DNA of 64,000 nt from Longimicrobiales bacterium (lineage in GTDB: Bacteria; Gemmatimonadota; Gemmatimonadetes; Longimicrobiales; Gaopeijiaceae): positions 128,001-192,000 of the forward strand of contig CBDFIQ010000001.1 in the NCBI GenBank assembly GCA_965248195.1, in the 5' to 3' direction. The notes under the pieces were generated by a model. It was not told the origin of the DNA, searched no databases, and saw only the letters and a list, made by a program, of their open reading frames with translations. Below, piece by piece: positions 36,361-46,351 of this stretch (its first letter is position 1; every line of letters begins with the position of its first letter). A program made the translations under genes and the position numbers.

Positions 36361-37929
36361 ATGAACCCCTCAGGTCTTATGGTTTGGCACCGGGCGCTCT
36401 CGAGTCTTTCGCTGATGGCCGTGATGGGAGGTATCGGCGCGCCATCGCTGACCGGTCAGATTTCCGCCCCGGTGCGGGATGCCAGCCTCGCCAACACCGA
36501 GCCGTATCTCTACGCCGCGGAAGATTTCGGGATCGATCCGGCAGGGGTGACCTACCACAAGGACATCGGCCCGATTCTCCGCGAGAACTGCGTGAAGTGC
36601 CACACGACCGAAGGCATGGCGCCGATGGCGCTGACGACGTACCCCGAGGTGCGGAGGTGGGCGCGGAGGATCAAGGATCGGACCGCCATCCGGGACCGGA
36701 GGGGGGCGATGCCGCCGTTCTTCGTGGAAAGGAACATCGGGATCCAGGAATTCCGCGACGCCGAGTACCTCAGGGATGAAGAACTCGCGAAGATCCAGGC
36801 CTGGGTGGACCACGGAGCTCCCGAGGGCGATCCTGCCGACGCGCCTGATGGCGCCCCGGCCCTCGCTGAGGCGGGCGGCGAGGCGTCAGCCCACCGCTCG
36901 TCCGGCGCCGTACCGTGGGAGCTCGGGGAGCCCGACCTGGTGGTGCTGATGGACGCGGTGACGGTGCCGGTAGTCGGCCCAGACCAGTGGGGCGATTTCG
37001 GCATGCTCCCGACTGGGCTCGTGGAAGACCGGTATGTGAAGGCCGTGCAAGTCCGAGAGGTCAGCGATCTCTCCTTCGACGACCCGGCCCTCGAAAACAC
37101 GGTAGGAGGACGCTTCGTCTGGCACCACATGAGCTATGGGGTCCGCGTCCTGGACGAGGACGGCAATGTTTCAGACGACAGGATCAGCTATCCCATTCAC
37201 GAAGTAGGACGGAACGCGGACATTTTTCCGGAGGAGGTCGGCTATTCTTTGCCGGCGAACTCCGTAATACATCTGCGTAACGGGCATTTTCGACCGAACC
37301 AGGTTCGAGAGACCACGGCGCACCTCGAATTCGGCTTCTACTTCCATCCCAAAGGTTACGAGCCGCAGTACCGGCGCCAGGGCAGCGTGGCCATGGGCAA
37401 TGGTATCGACGTCTATGCGAAGCCGGGGGAAGCGAACCAGCGGTTTGAGACCTTCACGGTGCTGGATCAGCACACGAAGTTCTACGTCTGGGAGCCGCAC
37501 CTCCATGCACCAGGAATGCGCGCGTGCATCGAAGCGATCTGGGGCCCCATCGTGCACACCCTCAACTGCGCGGGCTACGATCACAATTGGGTCAAGCAGT
37601 ATCTGTACGCCCCGGGTTCCGAACCGCTGCTGCCGAAAGGCACCGTGGTGCGCTACGTCGCCTATCTCGACACCACGGATAACAACGAGAACATGGCCGA
37701 CAATAGAAACTGGCAGGGAAGCGGCAGGCGCTCACAGGCGAATATGTTCCTCGAGCTGGGTTGGGTCGTCCGCCTGACGGACGAGGAGTTCCAGGCCGAG
37801 ATGGCCGAGCGGCGAGCGCAGATGAAGGACAGGAATGACTTCGACATCGGTTGTCCGCTCTGTTGGGCCTTCGAGGAGGAGAATTTCGAGGCGCCGCCTG
37901 CGGCGGATGACGGAGACGGCCTCCCGTGA
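36361..37929 (+). CDS. Secreted cytochrome c fused to a copper type II (PHM/DBH-like) monooxygenase domain
   Basis: AGGAAGG RBS; signal peptide; CVKCH; MPP (possible axial Met); WHHM, NGHF, PHLH, ANM; YDHNW. Confidence 0.8.
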   Translation: MNPSGLMVWHRALSSLSLMAVMGGIGAPSLTGQISAPVRDASLANTEPYLYAAEDFGIDPAGVTYHKDIGPILRENCVKCHTTEGMAPMALTTYPEVRRWARRIKDRTAIRDRRGAMPPFFVERNIGIQEFRDAEYLRDEELAKIQAWVDHGAPEGDPADAPDGAPALAEAGGEASAHRSSGAVPWELGEPDLVVLMDAVTVPVVGPDQWGDFGMLPTGLVEDRYVKAVQVREVSDLSFDDPALENTVGGRFVWHHMSYGVRVLDEDGNVSDDRISYPIHEVGRNADIFPEEVGYSLPANSVIHLRNGHFRPNQVRETTAHLEFGFYFHPKGYEPQYRRQGSVAMGNGIDVYAKPGEANQRFETFTVLDQHTKFYVWEPHLHAPGMRACIEAIWGPIVHTLNCAGYDHNWVKQYLYAPGSEPLLPKGTVVRYVAYLDTTDNNENMADNRNWQGSGRRSQANMFLELGWVVRLTDEEFQAEMAERRAQMKDRNDFDIGCPLCWAFEEENFEAPPAADDGDGLP

Positions 37930-38954
37930 GGTCATGGAAGTCGAGAGGAAAGGTCGACTCCGTGGTAGGCTGCCGGGGGTACCTGCTGCTGATGGCCCCG
38001 CTGGCGGCGCTCTTCGTCTTCGACGGAGTGGCCGCTCAGACCATGCACTTGCAGGGCGAGAGGTTGTTTCCGGCCTTCGACGGTTGGGAGCAGCAGGAGG
38101 ACGGGTCGATCAAGCTCTGGTTCGGCTACTTCAATGAGAACTGGGAGCAGGAGTTCGACCTCCCCCTCGGCCCCGACAATCATTTCGTAATCGTCGAGAT
38201 GGGGGACTACCCGGACCTACAGCTGGATGGGGCGTTCGAGGTGTCCTACGATCCCGAAGGCGCCGACCAAGGACAGCCGACCCATTTCTTTCCCCGTCGC
38301 AATCCCTTCCTCTTCACCATCACGGTGCCGGGGCGCGAGGAGTTCGGCGGCCCGGAAACCCGGCAGGTGGTCTGGACGCTCACCGCCAACGGGAAGACGC
38401 AGCGAGTGTACGCCTCGCTTTCCGGGAACTACGCGATCGATGGCCAGGCGATGTCCACGGATGTGGGAGGAAACTTCGGTAGTACCCATCAGGATCTCCG
38501 GACCAACAAGTACCCGGAGATCGAGATCGACGGCGGGGGCGAACGGACCGTAAGGGTTGGGGAGTCATTGAGCTTGGTGGCGTTCGTCGACGATCCGGAC
38601 GACTACCCCCCGAGAAGAGAGCGACCGCGGCCACAGTCAGTGGAGGATCTCTATACCCCCCCGCGGGGATCAGTCGTCAGGAGCATACCTGGCCTGCGGC
38701 TCTCGTGGATCGTCTACCGGGGTGACGCGGAACACGCGACTTTCCGCCCCACTCAGATGAAGACGTGGATGGACTCCCGTATGTACGCGAATTCTCCGTG
38801 GTCGCCTCCGTTCATCCTTCCCATGCCGCCTGAGGACCAGAGATGGGTGTCTGACGTGAGCTTCGACGAACCAGGAGAGTACGTGGTTCGGGCGGTTGCC
38901 AGCGATGGTTCCAGGTTCAGCTACGAGAACGTGAAGGTAAGAGTGACGCCCTGA
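37926..38954 (+). CDS. Secreted hypothetical partner protein with a C-terminal PKD/Ig-like domain
   Basis: GTGA overlap with the upstream gene; WFGYFNEN, GQPTHFFPRR, WTLTANG, SFDEPGEYVVRAVASDG. Confidence 0.75.
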   Translation: MRSWKSRGKVDSVVGCRGYLLLMAPLAALFVFDGVAAQTMHLQGERLFPAFDGWEQQEDGSIKLWFGYFNENWEQEFDLPLGPDNHFVIVEMGDYPDLQLDGAFEVSYDPEGADQGQPTHFFPRRNPFLFTITVPGREEFGGPETRQVVWTLTANGKTQRVYASLSGNYAIDGQAMSTDVGGNFGSTHQDLRTNKYPEIEIDGGGERTVRVGESLSLVAFVDDPDDYPPRRERPRPQSVEDLYTPPRGSVVRSIPGLRLSWIVYRGDAEHATFRPTQMKTWMDSRMYANSPWSPPFILPMPPEDQRWVSDVSFDEPGEYVVRAVASDGSRFSYENVKVRVTP

Positions 38955-39090
38955 CTCGGGCACGCCGCATCGATCCAGCACCCTCGACAATTTCCGTTCG
39001 ACCGCGTAGTAGATTATCGACGCAACGCACAAGCGAGCTGGAAAGGCACAGGAGAGGTTGGATGAAAGGCAAGCGCGAACAGGCTGCGAG

Positions 39091-40053
39091 GTGACATTCA
39101 CAGCCGCAGTCGTGCAAGCAGGATCCGTCGTCATGGATCGGGAAGCGTGTATCGAGAAGGCGGCAAAGCTGATCCGTGAGGCGGGGAAGCTGGGTGCACA
39201 ACTGGTCCTTCTTCCCGAGGGATTCGTGCCGGCCTACCCGTGGGGTCTCACCTTCGGCGCACCCGTGGGCGATCGCACGGCTGAGGGGCGACGTCTCTTT
39301 GAGCGGTACTTCAGCAACGCGGTCGAGGTGCCGAGCCCCGAGGTCGATCGACTCTGCGAGGCCGCGAAGGACGCCGCAGCGTTCGTCGGCATGCCGGTCA
39401 TCGAGCGCGAAGGTAGCCTGGGCCGTGGCACGCTCTACTGCACCCTGCTTTACATCGGTCCGGATGGCACACTGCTCGGCAAACATCGCAAGCTGAAGCC
39501 CACCGCCGCGGAAAGGGTGATCTGGGGAGAGGGTGACGGCTCCACCCTGACCAGCTTCACGACGGAACTCGGCACCGTCGGTGGCTTGATCTGCTGGGAG
39601 AACATGATGCCGATGGCACGGATGGCGATGTACGGTAAAGGCGTGGAAATCTATCTGGCGCCTACAGCGGATGCGCGGGACTCTTGGCAGGCCACCCTGC
39701 GGCATATCGCGAACGAGGGGCGCTGCTTCGTGCTCGGCTGCAACCAGTATCTGACGAAGAGCATGTACCCGGCCGATCTTCCCGGCATCGAAGACCTGGC
39801 CGACATGCCGGAGGTGGTGAGCCGAGGCGGGTCGGCGATCGTGTCGCCCTTTGGCGAGTACCTGGCCGGGCCGTTGTTCGACGAGGAAGGCATCCTCACC
39901 GCCGAGCTCGACATGGCCGAAATTGCGCGTGGCCGCTTCGACTTCGACGTCACCGGCCACTACTCCAGGCCGGACGTCTTCCGCCTGATCGTTGATGAAT
40001 CGGAGAAAAAGTCCGTGGTGAGTGGGAGCGCTACGAATCTCGGGGAGAGCTGA
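39091..40053 (+). CDS. Nitrilase (carbon-nitrogen hydrolase family)
   Basis: Catalytic triad contexts LPEGF, HRKLKPT, ICWEN; DVTGHYSRPDVF. Confidence 0.93.
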   Translation: MTFTAAVVQAGSVVMDREACIEKAAKLIREAGKLGAQLVLLPEGFVPAYPWGLTFGAPVGDRTAEGRRLFERYFSNAVEVPSPEVDRLCEAAKDAAAFVGMPVIEREGSLGRGTLYCTLLYIGPDGTLLGKHRKLKPTAAERVIWGEGDGSTLTSFTTELGTVGGLICWENMMPMARMAMYGKGVEIYLAPTADARDSWQATLRHIANEGRCFVLGCNQYLTKSMYPADLPGIEDLADMPEVVSRGGSAIVSPFGEYLAGPLFDEEGILTAELDMAEIARGRFDFDVTGHYSRPDVFRLIVDESEKKSVVSGSATNLGES

Positions 40054-40107
40054 AACGCAAGCGGAGTAGCCTTTCGTGGCCAACTTGCTCTGCTGCGGCA
40101 CATGGGC

Positions 40108-40131
40108 CTGGACTGCGCCGGCGCAGTCCAG
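40108..40131. promoter_or_regulatory. Perfect 24-bp palindrome
   Basis: CTGGACTGCGCCGGCGCAGTCCAG, followed by TATACT and TAGAAT hexamers, upstream of the coiled-coil gene. Confidence 0.5.
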
Positions 40132-40221
40132 CTTATACTTTGTAGAATCGGGACCTGGCGCGCTTGTGGCACGCGCCTCAGGTTCACGTGACAAAATCGA
40201 TGGAGCGGACGGAGAGGTATC

Positions 40222-43188
40222 ATGCCCTGGCTCAAAGCGTGGTTCGGTAGCGGAGAACTCAAGGAACTTCCTGAGGAACTGACGAAGCTCCTCGACCAAG
40301 CAAAGCGTGACAGCAAATCGCTTCGCGAGCTGCTGAAGAAGACTAAGACGAGCGAAGAGAAGTTCGAGAGTCTCATGGGCCGTCTGGAGGCCATGCAGGC
40401 CACCTCAGAGTCGCTGAGTGGGCAAGTGTCGGAGCTACAAGTGCAGGTCAAAGCGTTCGAAGGAGCTGCTTCCGCCATAGATGCCGTCGCCGAACGGGCG
40501 ACCGGTCTCGCCCAGTCGCAGGCCGCTCACGCTTCCTCCGCTGATGAAGCGGAGCGCACGATCAGCGAGTTGACCCAGAAAGTGGATGACCTCAGGAGCG
40601 TGGTCGACCGTGCGACCACGGCGAGGGACGAGGTGGCGAAGCAGGTTACGGACCTCATGGGTCCAGCGAGTGAAGTCACCAAGGTCCGCGCGGACGTGGA
40701 TGAGCTCATGGTGGACGTCAGTCGACTGGAGGTGCGATCCAACTCCTTCGGCCCGGTCTCGGAACAGTTCGCCGGGATATCCGAGCAAGCGCGCGGGCTG
40801 GAGCAGGACCAGGCAGCGATGGAGCGCTCCTTCGAATCGGTGTCGAAGCGGTTGGCCGAGACCGACGCAAAGCTGCTCGAGTTCGGCGATGGACTTCAGT
40901 CCGCCGCGCTCGTAGAGCGGGAGCTCGAAGATCTCATGGGGCCGCACGGAGCGCTCGCCAAGGTTCGAACGAAGGTCGAAGAGGCTCGTGAACAGTCGTT
41001 GGACTACGGGCAGGAGGTCGCGCGAATTGCCGAGGACCAGGCGGGTGTGCGTGCCGCACAGGAGAGCGTTTCATCGGAGTACAGGGAGTTGCGGTCCAAG
41101 GTGGAATCGGTCAGCGAGGGTGTGGATAGAGCGAACGCAAGCGTGGCCCGCGTCGATAAAGCGAAGCTGGACCTCACCAAGGCCGAGGAGCTCGGAGCCC
41201 GAACGGAGCGGCAGCTGAACGCCCTCCAGACGTTGTCGGACCACATCACCCAGAAGCTCGGGTCGGTGGAACGGCAGCGCGAGGCATTGGATCGAACGGA
41301 GGCACAGGCTCGGGCGTTGACCGACCTCCATTGGGAGCTCGAGGCGAAGCTCAAGGAAGCCCGCTCGCAGATCCAAGAGGTCAAGAAGGCACACTCGAGC
41401 GTCGAGGACCTGCGAGACATGAATGCCAAGGTGGCCGAGCGGACGGGCGAGTTGAGGGGAAAGCAAGCCGAAGTCGAACGGGAAAGTAAGACGCTGAGGT
41501 CTGGGCTTGAGGGGCTCAAGGAGCAGATGCGGCACGCCACCAGGCGCTTCGAGCTGGAGCAGAGCACCTTGGAGACCGACGGAAAGAGGGTCATCGCCCT
41601 CCGGGCCGATGTGACCGGCCTCGAGACCCGACTCCACGAACTCGAGGAGTCGGGCCCATCAGTGAGCGAGGCCAACCGCAAAGCCGACGAGATGGCGGCA
41701 CGTCTCACATCGCTCTCGGGCGATTTGGGCCGGATCACCGAGCAGATGGAGGCGGTCGAGGGGATGCGGGAAGGGATGTCGGAGGCCCAGCGCGTGGCCG
41801 TCGACGTGGCCGCGTCTCTCTCGAACCTCGAGGCTCGCCAGGCCGACGTTCAGGAGAGCATGAACGATCTGCGGACGCTTCGTGGTGCCAAGGAGGAGGT
41901 CGCCGATGCGTTGGCGAGCGTGCAGTCTACGAGGTCGGAGCTCGAGAAGATGCAAACAGGGCTGGCAGATACGAGCACATGGCTTGCCCGGACCCACGAG
42001 TCGATCGTAAAGCTTCGAGCGAAGGCAGCGGACCTGGGCGATCTAACCGCGAACATCGATCACATGCGGGACAACGCGGATCGCGTGTTGGCGGCGGCAT
42101 CCGATCTGGACGAGCGTCGCGGATCCTTCGAAGAGCTCGATGTGCGGATGTCGGAGCTCCAACAGATCGGTACGCAATTGGACGAGCGCACGAGCAACCT
42201 TCTCAGCGGCCTCGCTGACGCGGACAACCGGTTCAAGGCGGTGGCGCGTAACGCCGACAAGGCCGAGGACGCACGGGTGGTGGTCGAAGGGATCACCGCG
42301 GCGGTTGAGCAGGCCGAGCAGCGAATGGCCGAGCTGGGCCAGGGGGTCGACTCCGCGGCCAACCGCGACGAGGCGCTCACTTTGCTTTCGCAACGGGCCG
42401 ACCGCGTGATTTCGGATATCCGGAGCGGGGAGAGTGCGCTATCCAAGGCCGTGGAACAGCTCCAAGGCCTGTCGACCCTGCGGAAGGAGGCGGCGGAGGC
42501 CGTCCAGTCCTTAGAGGATCAAGTCCGAACATTGAAGGAGGGTCTCGTCGTCGCCGAGGAGCAGTCCGACAAGATTGGGCAGCGCGCCGACCTGCTGGAG
42601 GCGAGGGCCGGCAGCCTCCGCTTTGCCGAAAAGCGGATCACACAATTCGAGGAAAAACTCGGGCGGCTCGACCGGGTTGAGCAGGAGCTCGAACGGTCCA
42701 TCGAAACCCTGCTCGCCAGAGAGGAGAGCGTCGGTCAGGTCCGGAGCGACTTGCAGGAGCTCTTTGCTACGTCGGAGAAGACGCTCGAGGATGTCAAGGC
42801 CATCTCCGCGGCGCGTGACGAGGTACAGAGCGCGCCCGAAGTGCTCGAGACAGTGCGGACCAAAGCGGATGCCATGATCGAGGTGCTCGAGGGCATAGAC
42901 GAGCGGCAACATCAGATCGAGCAGGCAGAGGGGCGTCTCGAGCGTGCGGATGCGTTACTGAGAGAGATTCGTGCCAGCCTCGAGTCCCTGACCAGTCAGA
43001 GGGCAGTCGTCGATCAGGTGATCACGACGTCGGGGCGGTTGAACGTCGAGGCGAGGGAGGCCGAGGGGCTCCTCCACGCGCTTCGTGAAGAGCGCGAGCT
43101 GACGCAGGGCATTCACGAAGCGCTGAAGGAGCTTCGGCAAGAGGAATCCGAAACGGTTCACGTCGACTTCGGGAAGAAAGAGGCCTAG
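40222..43188 (+). CDS. Long coiled-coil protein (988 aa) with no recognisable catalytic domain
   Basis: GGAGAGG RBS; continuous E/L/A/R-rich heptad pattern; very few Pro; no Walker motifs. Confidence 0.85.
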   Translation: MPWLKAWFGSGELKELPEELTKLLDQAKRDSKSLRELLKKTKTSEEKFESLMGRLEAMQATSESLSGQVSELQVQVKAFEGAASAIDAVAERATGLAQSQAAHASSADEAERTISELTQKVDDLRSVVDRATTARDEVAKQVTDLMGPASEVTKVRADVDELMVDVSRLEVRSNSFGPVSEQFAGISEQARGLEQDQAAMERSFESVSKRLAETDAKLLEFGDGLQSAALVERELEDLMGPHGALAKVRTKVEEAREQSLDYGQEVARIAEDQAGVRAAQESVSSEYRELRSKVESVSEGVDRANASVARVDKAKLDLTKAEELGARTERQLNALQTLSDHITQKLGSVERQREALDRTEAQARALTDLHWELEAKLKEARSQIQEVKKAHSSVEDLRDMNAKVAERTGELRGKQAEVERESKTLRSGLEGLKEQMRHATRRFELEQSTLETDGKRVIALRADVTGLETRLHELEESGPSVSEANRKADEMAARLTSLSGDLGRITEQMEAVEGMREGMSEAQRVAVDVAASLSNLEARQADVQESMNDLRTLRGAKEEVADALASVQSTRSELEKMQTGLADTSTWLARTHESIVKLRAKAADLGDLTANIDHMRDNADRVLAAASDLDERRGSFEELDVRMSELQQIGTQLDERTSNLLSGLADADNRFKAVARNADKAEDARVVVEGITAAVEQAEQRMAELGQGVDSAANRDEALTLLSQRADRVISDIRSGESALSKAVEQLQGLSTLRKEAAEAVQSLEDQVRTLKEGLVVAEEQSDKIGQRADLLEARAGSLRFAEKRITQFEEKLGRLDRVEQELERSIETLLAREESVGQVRSDLQELFATSEKTLEDVKAISAARDEVQSAPEVLETVRTKADAMIEVLEGIDERQHQIEQAEGRLERADALLREIRASLESLTSQRAVVDQVITTSGRLNVEAREAEGLLHALREERELTQGIHEALKELRQEESETVHVDFGKKEA

Positions 43189-43355
43189 GCTCCGGCTCTT
43201 TCGCTCTTCGTCGAATCCTCTTAGGGAGCTCTCGAGGCCTCTCTCCGGGCCTCCGGCACGCCGTGGCGAAGATCTTGGACCCACCTCTGGACCCCCTCCC
43301 CCAACCATTTGTAGCTTCCGACCGCCTTGAACGGGCTCGTGAATACGGAGAACCC

Positions 43356-44702
43356 ATGAGTTTGGTGATCGTAGTTGGCGGCGGTGAGGTCGGTTTCCAC
43401 CTCGCTGAACGCTTGTCGGAAGAGACCCAGGACGTTGTGCTGATCGATTCCAGCGCGGCGCGCGCCGAGGATGTCGGGAATCGGCTCGACATCATGACCG
43501 TGGTCGGTAACGGAGCGTCGCTGTCCGTTCTCGAAGAGGCGGGAATCGAAAAGGCTCAGAGGGTGCTCGCGGTCACGAGTATCGACGAGGTCAATCTCAT
43601 CGTGGGCCTCGCCGCCCGACGGCTGGGCGTCGAATATGTCGCGGCTCGTATCTCGAGTCCGGAGTACTATCAGCGGAGCAGCGTGCTGTCTGGCGAAGCG
43701 CTCGGCATCAATCTCATGATCAACCCGGAGCGCGAGTGCGCGCGCGAGACGCTGGAGTTGCTCCGTAGCGAGATCGCTATGGACGTCGCGTCGTTTGCGG
43801 ACGGACGCGTGCACATGATCGGCCTCAAGGTCAGAGAGGGTGCCCGCATCGCGGGCAAGTCATTGAGGCAGTTGGCTGCCGAACTCCCTGAGCATCACTA
43901 CGCCACAGCCGCGATTCAGCGGGGTGAGCAAACCATCCTACCGGGGGGCGATGATACGATCGAGGCGGGGGACCATATCTATTTGCTCTCCCCCGAGGAC
44001 GAGCGGGAGGACATCCCCCAACTGACCGGGTATGCGCCGTTCGAGCTCCAGCGAGTGATGATCGCCGGCGGCAGTCAGGAGGGTCTGCACATCGCCGAAT
44101 TACTCGAGCAGATCGGCGTCGAGGCGACGATCATCGAACGCGACCGCAAGCGTTGTCTCGAGCTTGCCGAGGCACTGCCGAAGGCGCTCGTTCTGAATGG
44201 TGACGCCACCGACCTGGAGCTCCTGGAGATGGAGGGTGTGGCGGGCATGGACGCCTTCGTCGCGAGCACCGGCAACGATGACACCAACCTGCTGACCAGC
44301 CTACTCGCCAAGACCGTGGGCGCCCGGAAGGTCGTGGCGCTCATCGACGATTTCTCCTACCTACAGTTGATCCCGCGCCTGGACATCGATGCGTCGGTGT
44401 CACCGCGCCTGTCTACCGTCAATGCTATCCTCCGCGACGTGCGCGGTGAACGCATCGCGAGCGTCGCGACGTTGAAGGGCATCGACGCCGAAGCGATCGA
44501 GTTCCTGGTGGCTGGGTCGTCGAAGATCGTCGGCAAACGACTGGATGAAGTGCGTTTTCCTCCTGGCGGCCGCCTAGGCATACTGGTCCGCGGCGAAGAG
44601 GTCATCGTGCCACAGGCAGACACCGAAGTCCGTGCGGGCGACATCGCTGTGGCATTCGCTCTACCGACGTGCATCCACGAAATCGAGAAGCTCTTCGCCT
44701 GA
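43356..44702 (+). CDS. trkA: Trk potassium uptake system NAD-binding subunit
   Basis: IVVGGGEVG; two RCK N/C pairs; INPE; VLNGDATD; GGAG RBS before ATG 43356. Confidence 0.93.
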   Translation: MSLVIVVGGGEVGFHLAERLSEETQDVVLIDSSAARAEDVGNRLDIMTVVGNGASLSVLEEAGIEKAQRVLAVTSIDEVNLIVGLAARRLGVEYVAARISSPEYYQRSSVLSGEALGINLMINPERECARETLELLRSEIAMDVASFADGRVHMIGLKVREGARIAGKSLRQLAAELPEHHYATAAIQRGEQTILPGGDDTIEAGDHIYLLSPEDEREDIPQLTGYAPFELQRVMIAGGSQEGLHIAELLEQIGVEATIIERDRKRCLELAEALPKALVLNGDATDLELLEMEGVAGMDAFVASTGNDDTNLLTSLLAKTVGARKVVALIDDFSYLQLIPRLDIDASVSPRLSTVNAILRDVRGERIASVATLKGIDAEAIEFLVAGSSKIVGKRLDEVRFPPGGRLGILVRGEEVIVPQADTEVRAGDIAVAFALPTCIHEIEKLFA

Positions 44703-46204
44703 TGTCCGTCCGGCACCTCATCAACATCATCGGCCTGCTCCTCGTCTTCGTCTCCCTCGCCATGGCGGCTACGGGTCTCGGCGCCTCGTTCTACGAGAAC
44801 GGGGCCGCCTTCGCGCTCTTCGCCTCCTCCGGGATCACACTCTTGGTGGGTCTCGCCGCGTACAGCGTCACGAGGTTCGAGGGTGAGCTCACGGCCCGTG
44901 AGGGCTACGCCATCGTCACCTTCGCCTGGACCGCGATGGCGGTGTTCGGCGCTCTGCCTTTCCTGATCTCCGGTACCCTGGACGGCGTCATACCCGCGAT
45001 CTTCGAGGCGATGTCCGGTTTCACGACGACCGGGGCCACCGTGTTCACCGATGTGGAGGCGCTGCCGGAGGGCATCCTCCTGTGGCGCTCGGTCACACAC
45101 TGGCTGGGCGGAATGGGGATCATCGTGCTCGCCATCGCCATCCTGCCCTACGTGGGCGTGGGCGGCATGCAGCTGTTTCGGGCTGAGGTGCCCGGACCCA
45201 CGCCGGAGCGGCTCCGCCCCCGCATCACGCAGACGGCCAAGCTGCTCTGGGGCGTGTACGTGGGACTCACTGGCGTGCAGATCGTGCTGTATCTGTTTGG
45301 GGAGATGTCGCTGTTCGACGCTGTGAACCATGCGTTCGCGACCCTCGCGACGGGGGGCTTCTCGACGCGCAGTGCCTCGCTCGCCGGCTTCGACTCGGCG
45401 TACATTCACTACGTCACGATCATCTTCATGTACATCGCCGGCGTGAACTTCGCGCTGCACTTCCGGGCCGCCACAGGACGCCTCGAGTACTTCAGGAATG
45501 AGGAGTGGCAGTTCTTCACCCTGATGATCGTGGGGGCTGGCCTCTTTCTCATGGTCAGCAACCTGATGGCCGGTACCTACGAGCTCACGGTGGCCGGGGT
45601 GGAGAGCGCATTCCGTCACGGCATGTTCCAATCGGTGGCGATAACGACCACCACGGGCTTCGTCTCCGCCGACTACGAGATGTGGGTTCCGGCTGCTCAG
45701 GGGGTACTCGTCACACTGATGTTCGTGGGTGGCATGGCCGGGTCGACCGGTGGCGGGATCAAGGCGGTCCGGGTACTCGTGCTACTGAGGCACACCGCCA
45801 ACGAGATCCGTAAGCACTTGCATCCGAGGGCGATTCTCATGGTCCGCGTCGGCCGGCGCACGGTGCGGGAGGACGTACTGCTGAACATCCTCGGGTTCGT
45901 GAGCCTCTACGTTATCCTGGTGCTCTTCGGCGGCATGCTTCTGACCTTCTTCGGCATGGATATCCTCACTGCGGTGGGCGCCAGTGCCGCGTCGGTCGGA
46001 AACATAGGCCCAGGACTCGGTGGCGTGGGCGCAACGGATAACTACGGGTGGATCTCCGACCCGGGCCTGGTCGTGATCGTCTTTCTCATGCTGGTGGGGC
46101 GCCTGGAAATCTATACGGTCTTGTTGCTTTTCCACCCCGATACGTGGAAAGGACAGCGCGCCCAGGGTCTGAGGGAGGCACAGGCGGGACGCCGGGGCAA
46201 GTAA
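44702..46204 (+). CDS. trkH: Trk potassium uptake membrane protein
   Basis: [46 protein letters not shown]; coupled to trkA by TGATG. Confidence 0.95.
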   Translation: MSVRHLINIIGLLLVFVSLAMAATGLGASFYENGAAFALFASSGITLLVGLAAYSVTRFEGELTAREGYAIVTFAWTAMAVFGALPFLISGTLDGVIPAIFEAMSGFTTTGATVFTDVEALPEGILLWRSVTHWLGGMGIIVLAIAILPYVGVGGMQLFRAEVPGPTPERLRPRITQTAKLLWGVYVGLTGVQIVLYLFGEMSLFDAVNHAFATLATGGFSTRSASLAGFDSAYIHYVTIIFMYIAGVNFALHFRAATGRLEYFRNEEWQFFTLMIVGAGLFLMVSNLMAGTYELTVAGVESAFRHGMFQSVAITTTTGFVSADYEMWVPAAQGVLVTLMFVGGMAGSTGGGIKAVRVLVLLRHTANEIRKHLHPRAILMVRVGRRTVREDVLLNILGFVSLYVILVLFGGMLLTFFGMDILTAVGASAASVGNIGPGLGGVGATDNYGWISDPGLVVIVFLMLVGRLEIYTVLLLFHPDTWKGQRAQGLREAQAGRRGK

Positions 46205-46278
46205 CTAACCAGAGATCCTACCGGGACGACCTAGGACGAGGGCCCCTGTACACAAGAGGATTGGTAAGAAGTACCTCT

Positions 46279-46307
46279 TTGATGAGGTGTCCAAAATCTG
46301 ATATAAT
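46279..46307 (+). promoter_or_regulatory. Sigma70-type promoter
   Basis: TTGATG-N17-TATAAT with an extended -10 TG, ~45 bp upstream of the 46352 start. Confidence 0.6.
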
Positions 46308-46351
46308 GCCTGGTTCCCCCGCGCGCCTCTGACACCGACCGATTCGGAAGA

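Noticed and set aside
40222..43188. SMC or methyl-accepting chemotaxis protein call
   Set aside because: No Walker or signature motifs and no MCP hairpin motif.
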